Below, piece after piece: positions 1 through 10,071 of a stretch of DNA of 37,202 nucleotides. A program made the translations under genes and the position numbers. Positions within the stretch are counted from its first letter, which is position 1, and the number at the start of each line of letters is the position of its first letter. The notes under the pieces are model-generated. The model ran no database searches. It had not been told where the DNA came from and saw nothing but the letters and a program-made list of their open reading frames with translations. The DNA comes from Candidatus Dojkabacteria bacterium (GTDB lineage Bacteria > Patescibacteriota > Dojkabacteria > SC72), in assembly GCA_040767225.1 (NCBI GenBank), contig JAXGOY010000007.1, positions 1 through 37,202 of the forward strand, read 5' to 3'.

Positions 1-15
1 AGAAATGGATGATAA

Positions 16-657
16 ACATTCTATAGAATTATTTATAATATTAGGTATTTAATAGATAATAAGAAGATAGAGAAAGTAAGTTTAAGAATAAACTATGATA
101 AAGGGAATATAGATAAGATACCAGAATTTTTAGAGTATATAGCTAGGAATTTTGATAGAGATAGAATAATTCTCTCTTTAGGATTCATCTCTAAAACAGT
201 TGATGATACAGATGCTAATAAGTATGTTTCAGAGTATGGAATTAAAAAATCAGAGATGACTAAATACTATCTTCCATTATTTAAAAAAGCTGTAGAGTTA
301 GGTTTTAAAATGTCTAATCTTTTTATGTTTACAGGTATGTGTACATCTAAGTTAGACAATGCATTAGTAATTTCTTCTAATGGAGATATATTTAAGTGCT
401 TAAGTGGAGTCGGAAGAGATGAGTTTGTAGAGGGTAAAGTTGATTCTGAAAGATATGATCTTCCTAATTATCTCTATCCTGAGCTTTATGAGCAGTGTCT
501 TGATAAGGGATGTCCTTATCTTCCTCTGTGTCATACAGGTTGTAGATTTGAATCATATTTGAAGAATGGAGAAATGAAACAGATAGATTGTAATAAAGAG
601 GTATTAGATTCAGTTAACGAAGAGTTACTTAAATATCTTTATTTAAGTAAAAATTAA
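16..657 (+). CDS. Radical SAM protein with C-terminal SPASM domain (5'-truncated by the window)
   Basis: Frame 1 is open from 16 (TFYRIIYNI..LRINYDKGN). SPASM-type motifs: MC..ISSNGDIFKC and CLDKGCPYLPLCHTGC..C. The CxxxCxxC motif would lie upstream of the window. Confidence 0.8.
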   Translation, partial: TFYRIIYNIRYLIDNKKIEKVSLRINYDKGNIDKIPEFLEYIARNFDRDRIILSLGFISKTVDDTDANKYVSEYGIKKSEMTKYYLPLFKKAVELGFKMSNLFMFTGMCTSKLDNALVISSNGDIFKCLSGVGRDEFVEGKVDSERYDLPNYLYPELYEQCLDKGCPYLPLCHTGCRFESYLKNGEMKQIDCNKEVLDSVNEELLKYLYLSKN

Positions 658-672
658 TTATTAATATATATT

Positions 673-2214
673 ATGTTGGAGCTACGAGATTTAACAATAG
701 AAACAATTAATGGAAAGCCTCTTGTCTCAAACCTAGATTTAGTCCTGAATGAAGATGATAAAATGGCTGTTATTGGTGAAGAGGGCAATGGTAAAAGTAC
801 CTTACTTAAGGCTATATATAACAGTAAGGAGATTGAGAGGTACTGTTATCTATCAGGAGAAGTTTTAAAGGATGATTTAATAATAGGGTACCTTGAACAG
901 TCATTAAATACTAAGTGGGATAATAGTTATGTCTATGAATATTTCTTGAAAGATTCTCCAGAAGAAGATATTGATATTGAAAGATATGAGAAACTAAATG
1001 ATATTGCTAGGGAGTTAGCTAAAATTGGAGTATCTCCAGAGATATTAGAAAGTGAAAGAGTTATTGGAACCTTAAGTGGAGGTGAGAAGGTAAAGATTCA
1101 GATAGCTAAATTACTTACTCATAATCCAGACATTTTACTTTTAGATGAACCTACTAATGATTTAGATATTGAGACATTAGAATGGTTAGAAGATTTCATT
1201 ATCCATTCTAATATTCCCATTATTTTTGTATCTCATGATGAAACTTTACTTGAGGGTACTGCTAATCTCATTTTGCATATTGAGTATGTAAAGACACAAA
1301 AAAAAGCTAGACATACTCTCTTTAGAGGTGATTACAAGACATATGTTGAGAGAAGGACAACAGAGATTCAAAAAAGAGAGCAAGATTTTGAAAGAGAGAA
1401 AAGAGAGTATTTAGAAGCCAAACAAAAATTAGGACATAGAAAAAGTATAGTTAAAAGTGCACAAGAGAGAATTAAAGATTCTTCAGTGAGGAGAAGATTA
1501 AACAAAGAGATGCATGTTATTAAGGCAAGAGAAAAAGTAATAGAGGGAAGAAGACAAACTCAAAAACTAGAAACAGAGGATCCAATATATTTCTCTTTTG
1601 ATGAGGATTCTGTTCTTCCAAATGGAAAAAGAATTATTGAATTAGATTTAGATGAACTAAAAATTGGAGATAAAGTATTAGCAAAGAATATTGAACTAGA
1701 TGTATATGGTCCTACAAAGGTTGGTATTATAGGAACCAATGGTGTAGGAAAGACAACACTTCTCAAAGAAATTAATAAGAGATTAGCTGATAGAGATGAT
1801 ATTAAAGTTGGGTATATGCCGCAAAATTACTCAGAGGTTTTGAATGATGAGGATGTAGTAATGGACTACCTTGTTAGAGATTTAGATGAGATCGATTTTG
1901 ATATGATAGCTGCCTTTATTGGGAGGATCAAACTAAATTGGGACGAGATGAATAGTAGAATTGAAAACCTTAGTTATGGACAAAAAGCGAAAGTAATATT
2001 ACTAAAGATGATGCTTGATAAGAAAAATGTTTTACTTTTAGATGAACCTACTAGAAATCTTAGTGCTCTCTCAAATCCAGTTATTAGAGAAGTACTTAAA
2101 GATTTTGAGGGTTGTATAATTGGAATATCACATGATAGGAAGTTTCTTAAAGAGGTATGTGATGTTGTATACAAATTAGAACCAGACGGATTGAAAAAGA
2201 CAGAGATTAAATAG
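673..2214 (+). CDS. ABC-F family ATPase (two ABC domains, no TM domain)
   Basis: Walker A GEEGNGKST and GTNGVGKTT; signatures LSGGE and LSYGQ; LLLDEPT twice; SHD H-loops; charged inter-domain linker. Confidence 0.9.
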   Translation: MLELRDLTIETINGKPLVSNLDLVLNEDDKMAVIGEEGNGKSTLLKAIYNSKEIERYCYLSGEVLKDDLIIGYLEQSLNTKWDNSYVYEYFLKDSPEEDIDIERYEKLNDIARELAKIGVSPEILESERVIGTLSGGEKVKIQIAKLLTHNPDILLLDEPTNDLDIETLEWLEDFIIHSNIPIIFVSHDETLLEGTANLILHIEYVKTQKKARHTLFRGDYKTYVERRTTEIQKREQDFEREKREYLEAKQKLGHRKSIVKSAQERIKDSSVRRRLNKEMHVIKAREKVIEGRRQTQKLETEDPIYFSFDEDSVLPNGKRIIELDLDELKIGDKVLAKNIELDVYGPTKVGIIGTNGVGKTTLLKEINKRLADRDDIKVGYMPQNYSEVLNDEDVVMDYLVRDLDEIDFDMIAAFIGRIKLNWDEMNSRIENLSYGQKAKVILLKMMLDKKNVLLLDEPTRNLSALSNPVIREVLKDFEGCIIGISHDRKFLKEVCDVVYKLEPDGLKKTEIK

Positions 2215-2977
2215 AAGCCATTAACCATTTCATTTTAGCAATAGAGGGAAGAGGTGTAAGGTAAATAGAACCCTCTATTGTATTAGAAATACCCTGCGTA
2301 TGTGACTTCCCAAATACAGCAAATATCTTTCTACCAGGATTGTTTTCCATGATATTAGCTATCTTCTTTTGATAGTATCTCTCTCTACAAATAGCATCAT
2401 ATTTAATGTTTAAATGTATTAGTTTATCTATATTCTCTAACTTAATATCCCTATCTTCTGATTGTAACAGTTTAATATATTTAGAAAAACTATTAAAATA
2501 TGTTTGTTTTCTCCCCTCATCTAGAATATCCGAGTTTTGAATATTGTTAACAACCTGTTCAAAAGATATATTATGTACGTTAAGACCCATTCTCATAATG
2601 TATATAGCGTTAATAATGTCAAAGTCTTGTTGAGAAAAATCAGTACCAGCCTCTTGCCAAATTCCATATCTATCTTTGCTTATTCTTTCGTCATCCATTA
2701 TCTCTACCTGTATATTATTTTTTTTAGCAAATTCTAAAGCTTGAGACATAAAGGTAGGAGGAGAATTCTTTTCAGTAAATATGTCGGAGTTGCTTGGGTC
2801 TGATTCTAAAACAAATATTGAATCTTTGTTTTGGTCAAGCAATTAATTAAATCTCTCATTTTCTTGTTGAGAAGGATTCTCTCTTTGATGCAATTCTCCA
2901 ATTACCACACCATTGTCTAATGTGTTTACTGTAAATTCTTCAGTACTCCTGTTTTCAAATTCTGATTGTATAACCAT
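2207..2977 (-). pseudogene. Hypothetical protein, Tiki/TraB/ChaN/EreA-like motif pattern, split by one in-frame TAA at 2843-2845
   Basis: ORFs 2843..3034 and 2207..2842 are in the same frame, separated by a single stop. Motifs VVIGELH, FVLES, RERY, FAVFGKSH. Likely start ATG 2977. Confidence 0.5.
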
Positions 2978-3135
2978 AACTAAATTATTATATTGTATAT
3001 TAAGATCAAAGAGTATGTACAGGTTGTATCGCATCTGGAGATTATGGATAAAGAATTATGGTGGAACATACATGTCTGGAGCCAAAGATGGGACAAATAA
3101 GACAGTATAAAAAGTAAGATAAGATGTCTCATTCT

Positions 3136-3144
3136 TGATATAAT
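3136..3144 (+). promoter_or_regulatory. Extended -10 box TGATATAAT, 6 nt before ATG 3151
   Basis: Perfect TGnTATAAT; no SD between it and the start codon. Confidence 0.6.
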
Positions 3145-3150
3145 CCTGAT

Positions 3151-3790
3151 ATGACAGATATATATGATATAAATATCACACAATCAAATAACACAAAGGT
3201 AAAAGATTTTTATAACAAAGCTATGAAGGAATTAATAGGCTTCTATGGTGTTAATTGGATAGAAAACACTCCCGTTATATATTTAGTAGACAGTAGAGAA
3301 TCTTTTGATATTATATCTGGATATAAAACAGAAGATTGGGTTGTTGGAAGAGCATTGAGCTATAATAAACTGCTTCTTCTTTCCCCAGAGAGTTATGAGA
3401 AAGAGAGTAGACATAAGTATTCAGATGAGGAGTATTATTCTTTACTAAAACATGAGTTAAGTCATTTGTTTTATATGATTTTTTCACAAGGTAAAGGTGC
3501 TACATGGTTAGATGAGGGTTTTGCAATATATACATCAGGTCAATTAGGTACAAAGAAAAGACTAAGGAATTTAAAAACTTTTTAAAATATTACTCTCATG
3601 AGGATGAGAAAGTATATTCGGAGGCAGGATTTGTTGTAGAGGGATTAATAAAGAGGTATGGTAAGGAAAAAGTAGTTGGTTTCCTGAAAGTATTACCCAA
3701 TGTTAATAGTAAAGATGAGTTTAAAAATGAATTTAAGAGATATTTCAGTATAGGGTTAGATTATTTTAATATTAATAATATATTTAATTA
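3151..3790 (+). pseudogene. Gluzincin metallopeptidase (peptidase MA-like), frameshifted near 3555
   Basis: HELSH (HExxH) and WLDEGFAIY. After a frameshift the C-terminus continues VYSEAGFVVEGLIKRYGKEKV. The 3' end is approximate. Confidence 0.7.
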
Positions 3791-3794
3791 TTTT

Positions 3795-4365
3795 ATGAAA
3801 ATACTGATTGGTACTAGAAATCCGTATAAAGCAAGGTAGTAAAACATATATGCTAAGTGGTATTGATAATCTAGAATATATTTGCCTGCAAAATTCTGAT
3901 ATTAATGTGAAGTTGAAGAGAATGGTTTATCACTTTCTGAAAATGCAGAAAAGGCAAGTAGAAATTTCTAAATATACAAATATGTATGTATTAGCTTCAG
4001 ATGGTGGAGTAGATATTCCTAGTCTTGGTGATAAGTAGGATATTTTGAGGAATGAGACTGTGGACATAATAATGATGATTTAACAAAAGCTCTAAAGGTT
4101 TCGTTAATGGATGGTATTAAAAATGAAGGTCGAAAGGTTGAATATCATTTGGCACTTGCTTTAGCTTTAAGAGGAGAGTTAGTGGGGACTTTAGAAGGGG
4201 TTACGGATAGGGGATATATTGTTGAAACTATGCCAAAGGGTGATATTCCTCTAGGTATGTGGATGGGTTATATTTGGTATTATCTAAATTTGGTAAAACA
4301 CTTATAAGCAATGATATGGAATTAAAAGAGGTAATATGCAAGGAGATATTTTAAAAGAATCTTAA
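3795..4365 (+). pseudogene. Ham1/RdgB-like non-canonical purine NTP pyrophosphatase, multiply frameshifted
   Basis: N-terminus MKILIGTRNPYK, then VLASDGGVDIPSLG and RKVEYHLALALA, matching Ham1 blocks across different frames. Confidence 0.6.
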
Positions 4366-4958
4366 AAGACTAATACAAGGAATATACAGAATTAACCAAT
4401 TGTAATACTAAAGTTAAAGATATAAATATTCTTCAAGATAGTAATTAAGTGAAGATAATTTAATTTAATAAATTAAATCTAAGATAAGAATATAAAGTAG
4501 TTATATTTTCTTTTAAGGCCTATAATCATTGAAATTGATATTTTTAAACTAGATGATATTATTATTACAGATGCAGGGTTGACATGGTCAGCCCCTCTTT
4601 TATTTTTAGGTATTTTATATACACAGTCTATCCCAAAATCTTTTTTGTGCATTTGTGAAGAAACACCACTTTCTAATCTAGATATATGGTATTTCTGTTG
4701 CCTTTATAACTTGTGTATAATTAACTAATATTTATTAATTATATATTATCAATTAAGCATTTATTAAATGAGGGAGTATATTGTATGAGTCTCATATGTT
4801 TCGTAACTTATTCAGCCGAAGTCTTTGAACCAGTATTGCTTGAGTAACTTAATGGTAGGACATATAAGTTTGGATTCTAGAAGAGAACAAAGAAAATCAA
4901 TCTCAGAAAAAATGAAGAGATATTTCATTTCTGATATACTTATTACATTAATTTCATT

Positions 4959-4967
4959 TGCTATAAT
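4959..4967 (+). promoter_or_regulatory. Extended -10 box TGCTATAAT, 6 nt before ATG 4974
   Basis: Perfect TGnTATAAT directly upstream of the reconstructed methyltransferase start. Confidence 0.6.
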
Positions 4968-4973
4968 ATCTAA

Positions 4974-5759
4974 ATGGATTCTGTTATTAACTATTATGAG
5001 AATTTAAGTCAGGAAGAAGGAAGATTATTTAGATAATAAACATAAAACTGAATTTATTCTTACACAGACTATATTGATAAATATCTTCAAAAAGGAATGA
5101 GAATCTTAGAGCTTGGTGCTGGTACTGGTGCATACTCTTTGTATTATGCAAAACAAGGCTATCAAGTTGATGCACTAGAACCTGTTGAAAAGAATTTGAA
5201 TATTCTTAAATCGAAGATAGAGAAGGGAATGAATATTAATCCTGTTCTTGGCAATGCCTTAGATTTATCAATATATGAAAAGGACACTTTTGATATGGTT
5301 TTATGTTTAGGACCAATGTATCACTTAGATGGAGAAAAAAGGGATAAATGCTTAGAAGAGGCTTTAAGAGTTACAAAGCCACAGGGTTTAATATACTTAG
5401 CATATATCTCAAATAATTTTACTTTTGTAAAATGTGTTAAGAAGTTTGATAACTATGTAGAGAAATATAAAGAAGAGATACAAGATGGTTTTAGACTAGT
5501 TGATAGCCAAAAAGTATTTACATTTATGTATCCAGAAGAGATGGAGAAACTTGTTAAAAATACATATGATTTAGAAAAATTACATCATTTAACAACAGAT
5601 GGTATTAGCAGTTTGATAATGGAGAGATTAAATAATATGCCAGAGAGTGAATTTAAGGTGTGGATAGAGTACTTAAGAAGCACTGCAGAAAGGGAGGATC
5701 AGTTAGGCTATGGGAAGCATTTTAGCTTTAGCTATGCTAGAAAAGAAAGTATAGTTTAA
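4974..5759 (+). CDS. Class I SAM-dependent methyltransferase (5' part frameshifted; intact ORF 5097..5759)
   Basis: ILELGAGTG motif I; FDMVLCLGPMYHL; LRVTKPQG. The upstream MDSVINYYE..EEGRL..KTEF fits this family's N-terminus. Confidence 0.8.
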
Positions 5760-5813
5760 ACATTGTTTCTTAAATAGGTAGGAATTTGATTTATAATCTA
5801 AATTAAAAACATT

Positions 5814-6556
5814 ATGCCATCTATAAAAATATCCTAGATTTATCAATGTTAATATCTATTAAAGATGATAGATATATATCTTTGAAAGATTACGAGATAT
5901 TGATTTAGATAAATATGAAATACCAATATGTTTGGGTAGAGACTAGTAACAAGAATATTGTTTTTAAAGATTTGGTAGATATTAAAAGTATATTAGTGAT
6001 GGTATGACCTCAAGGTAAAATCATTTTTATTAATTTAAAATAATAATACCATTCTTCTTTCTAAAACAGAAAAGTTAATTTATAATGATTGATCTTAAAC
6101 TTGGGTAGAATTATATACGCTTATGATGGAATAGGACATCTTCAATTTCTCATAGTTACTGACTCCTAGATGGAAACACTCCAAAAGGTACTTACATGAT
6201 GTGAAAAGTGAAGAAGAAAGAATTTAAAAAGAAACCATATGTAGTTATTGTAGTAGATGAATTCTCTGATTTAATTCATATAATAGATGGTAGTTATTCA
6301 ATAATAGAAAAAATTGCTAGGAGTGGTAGTGAGGTTGGTATGTATATGTTGTTATCCTCTTCATCTCGTACTAAGGAAGATTTCTAAATGTAGAAGAAAT
6401 GTATTAAGAATATGGAATCTGTACAACTGAAGAAGATTCTAAAAATGTTATAGGTAAGTTAAGGCTGAAGAGTTATTAGGTAATGGAGATATGATATTTA
6501 AAGATCTTAAGTATTGGCGAGAAGATAAGGTAAAACACTGTTTATATCTACCATAA
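5814..6556 (+). pseudogene. Short FtsK/SpoIIIE-like P-loop motor domain, heavily frameshifted (missed by the ORF track)
   Basis: Ordered fragments: IPICLGRD, FKDLVDIKSILV..GMT..GK, IMIDLK, YDGIGHL, Walker B VVIVVDEFSDL (6241-6273), IEKIARSGSEVGMYMLL, AEELLGNGDMIF (6464-6499). Confidence 0.7.
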
Positions 6557-7972
6557 GATACGAGAGCTCTGTTGTTAAAAAACTGACAAAAGTGTTGCTT
6601 GTATGCAAATCCTGAGTGTATGGAGTGTTTGTTAGTTAATTGTACTGATGATAATTGTAAAATACATACTAAAGAATAAAGGAAAGCAAAAGAGTTATTA
6701 TCCGATAATAAAAAATTTAATAGAGTCAGGTAGGGATATCTCAAACTTGAAGGAAAAATTTAATATGGATGCTATGAGTGATAACATTTTTAAACGAGTT
6801 TTGGGATGATGAATTAGAGAACTTTCCTTATGTATATAAAGGATAGAAGAAGAAATAGAGAAGAATAGGAATGTAGATACTACATTCTTACACAAAAGGA
6901 ATTTACAATGTCTGCATTACATGCAATGAGATTAAAGAAGATAATAGATAAAAAATATACTTGAAATGATAGAGGGTATTAAGAATACTAAGTAGTATGA
7001 TCTCAAGACACAGGGTATAGATTTAGATAAGGTAAAGAATAATTTAGAAGAATTAGTAGAATTGTTAAGAGAGGAAGAAGAAACGGTGTAAATACCAAGA
7101 AGAATATTTAAGATATTCAAAAATTAGAATAATATAAAAGGATATTCCACTCTCGTTATGGGTCATAGAAAAAATGATTAAAGAATTTCCTAGACTAGTA
7201 AAAAATTTAGTATTACCGATTGTGCCTTTAGTAAAAGTTTTAAGAAGAAGGAAAGTCAAGTCCCGTTTGAGTTGAGAGGCATGCTATTTATAAGAATGTT
7301 GAAAAGATATTTTTTGAAGAAATAAATTTTGTAGTGATTTGTTGATAAAATCGAGTAGCTTGATATTCCTAAATCATCTTGGCAAAATACCGAATGCTCA
7401 AGTGTATCCACAGGAAGTATTTTAATGCGCTTAAAAATGCAACTAATCTTGCAATGCAGCTTTAGTATTGGTATTGATCCCATATGGGATTGTCGAGGGC
7501 AACTTATTTCATATAGTTCCTCCAATTGATATGCTAGGAAACGATGACCCACAAGGGAGGAACCGAATATTTATAGATTTGCCTGGAATGAGTTTTATTT
7601 TTTGAAATTAAATGTGTTGAATATGAGATGATAAAAATTTGTTTCTGTTAAAGGTCTAGAAATACATCTCTTAGCAAAGGTTTTCGTTATTGGAATTGTA
7701 CTTCTTCTCGTTCTTTATCCTATTATTTACATAATAGTAGTTTGCTAAGACATTAAGGATTTAGGAGACAAATCGGATAGAGATTTAACTAACTCTTACT
7801 TTAGCTGTTCCACATAAGGATTCTACCTTCAGGCAAAGTGTGAAAATCCTCAACACGACGATTTTTCATCCACTGGGCGCCTGCCGGAACTTTCACTTTT
7901 AGGGTGAAAATAAGCAATTTCAGGAAGAATTTCTGAGTATAGTTAATTGGGTTTATAGTAAACATTGGAATA

Positions 7973-8046
7973 TGGCAGGATGGACAGGCTCGAATGCAAC
8001 CTTTGCAGTGACAGTGCAAAGCTCTAACCAATTGAGCTACCACCCC
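7973..8046 (-). tRNA. tRNA-Asp(GTC), T-arm damaged as given
   Basis: Reverse complement GGGGTGGTAGCTCAATTGGTTAGAGCTTTGCACTGTCACTGCAAAGGTTGCATTCGAGCCTGTCCATCCTGCCA. Stem TTGCA/TGCAA around GTC; G73 plus encoded CCA; T-stem appears to lack bases. Confidence 0.85.
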
Positions 8047-8101
8047 AATATATATAACAAAGTATATCAAAGGTACCCTAAAATATCAATTTTAAGAAGG
8101 T

Positions 8102-8610
8102 TTATCCTTCTTTTTAAAAAGTAATATAGCTTCATAACGCTCCCATCCAGACCTATCACCATCAATAAGTATAGAAGCAGGAATACCCATTGAGTTTAGT
8201 TTATTTATATATACTCATCAATATGTTTACAATACCAATTATCAAAATCAAAATCATGAATGTATCTTAAATATGACTCTTCCCTTAAGTTATAAAAAGA
8301 TTCTGCCATAGCATGTCAGATGAATCTTAAATCACTACTCTATATACAGGAATATTAACAATAGAGTTGAATGGAGGAGCACCTAAAGTATCTGCAAACA
8401 TCTTATACTTTTCTAATTCAGGATACCTTGTAACATTAATATTTGGATCTTTATTATTAAATCCATAAATAATCGGATGAGGATATACCATAGATGTATC
8501 TGGAACCATTACTATACTCCCATTTCTATATTTAAGAGTAATGTTTTGCTCTATACCACCGAAGGGTTTCTTTCTATTGTATATTCTCCAAACTTCTCTC
8601 CTTCTATCAT
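8102..8610 (-). pseudogene. Hypothetical protein downstream of trxA, frameshifted
   Basis: ATG at 8610 lies 3 nt after the trxA stop; coding-like fragments (most of ORF 8327..8674) end at ...EAILLFKKEG-TAA (8102). Confidence 0.4.
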
Positions 8611-8613
8611 ATT

Positions 8614-8922
8614 TTACAAATGCTCTTGCCAGATTGTTTTTAATAATTTCTTCTTTAGGCTGTAAACCAATCATGGTTTCAACTGTTTGTCCATTTTGAA
8701 CAACATTACTGTGGAATTACTCAGCCTTCACACTGTTGAGGATATGATCTCTCATCTACATTGTTATACCTTAACCTTTCCTTCCATCTCATTTACTCTC
8801 TATCTATTGTAGGGGCAAGCATTCTACATGGCATACACCATGGTGCCCAGAAATCTACAAGTGCTAATCATCACTTTCAAGTACCTCTTTTTGAGGTGTC
8901 GTCCATTAACCTGTATTTCCAT
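8614..8922 (-). pseudogene. trxA: Thioredoxin, frameshifted (missed by the ORF track)
   Basis: MEIQVN..EVLES..LVDFWAPWCMPCRMLAPTI (WCMPC at 8826-8840), then ..NGQTVETMIGLQPKEEI. Confidence 0.85.
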
Positions 8923-8984
8923 GATATTAATATTTTTAATTTAAATATCATGAAATAATATTTATTCATAGAGTATAATTATAT

Positions 8985-10071
8985 ATGAAAAGATTAAAAT
9001 TGACTAATAATAATCAGGATGAAGTTATAGAAGAGGCAATTAAGGTATTAAATGAAGGTGGCCTTATAGTCTATCCAACTGAAACATGCTATGGTCTTGG
9101 TGCTGATGCTACAAATCCTAGGGCATTATCTGGCTTAACACATACAAAACATTTAGAGGCTCTAAACCAATATCAATTGCTGTAAGTGATATTGATATGG
9201 CAAGAAAATATGTTCATTTAAATGAAATGGCAGAGAATATTTATAATAATTATCTTCCTGGACCAATTACAGTAATTTCACAAAGTAGTGGAGTACTTAA
9301 ACCACCAGTTGTATCAAAACAGGGAACAACAGGAGTAAGAATACCTGATTACAAATTCACATTAAAAATGATAAAGGAGTTTAACAGACCTATTACAGCT
9401 GGTATCTACCGTGTATCTTCAGACCTCATCCATATAGCATAAGACAGCTTCTTAAAGAGCTCCCTCTTAAAAGTCAGTCATTAATTAGTTTATACATAGA
9501 CGATGGTCAGCTTCCTAAAAACTCTCCATCTACAATACTAGATACAACACTAAATACTTTAACTATACTTAGAGAAGGAAAGATTAGTTTTGAGAATGCA
9601 GTAAAGAAAAGTACTCTCCTTGAAGAGAGGATAACAAAGACTGCGAAGCAGACAAGTGAATTTGGGCAGTGGTTTACAAAAGAGTATCTTAAAGATTTAG
9701 ATGGGAGTGTAGTAGTAGCATTAAGTGGGGAGTTAGGAGCTGGTAAGACACAGTTTACAAAGGGTATAGGGAAGGGGCTTGGAAGTAAGGATATATAACT
9801 CCCCTACATATACAATAATTAATGAGTATAAATATGATGGGAATATTCTTGCACATATGGACACATGGAGACTGGATAGTGAAGAGGAGTTTAATAGGTC
9901 AGGTCTTATGGAGCATTTAGAGAAAGGAAGAATTGTTGTTATTGAATGGGCGATAAGTTTTATCAAGAGATAGAAAAGATTTGTTCTGATAGAAATATTC
10001 CTATGTATAAAATATCTTTTGAGTATATATCTTTAGAAGAAAGAAGAATTACAATATATGGTACTAACTAA
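8985..10071 (+). pseudogene. tsaC: Fused threonylcarbamoyl-AMP synthase (TsaC) / t6A ATPase TsaE, several frameshifts
   Basis: YPTETCYGLGADATN, YLPGPITVI, GVRIPD. Frame 9421-9798 runs from PSTILD..ILREG directly into ALSGELGAGKTQFTKG, followed by SPTYTIINEY, HMDTWRL and VVIEWA. Confidence 0.85.

Noticed and set aside
3700-3840. Peptidase C-terminus reads in frame into the Ham1 ATG (apparent fusion)
   Set aside because: The junction is an A/T-run tract in the error-rich block and Ham1 has its own typical Met start; a lost stop is more likely.
4576-4607. Hairpin GGGTTGAC-ATG-GTCAGCCC followed by a T-rich tract
   Set aside because: Terminator-like, but it has a 3-nt loop, lies about 200 nt from the nearest recognised gene end, and may be part of a broken CDS (DDIIITDAGLTWS).
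4785-4935. Possible small YHS-like gene (NGRTYKF)
   Set aside because: Only a few matching residues, interrupted by stops; unsupported.
7801-8070. 89 aa ORF on the minus strand
   Set aside because: It runs through tRNA-Asp; shadow ORF.
8327-8674. 115 aa ORF as a single gene
   Set aside because: It is a chimera of the thioredoxin C-terminus and the next gene, created by frameshifts.
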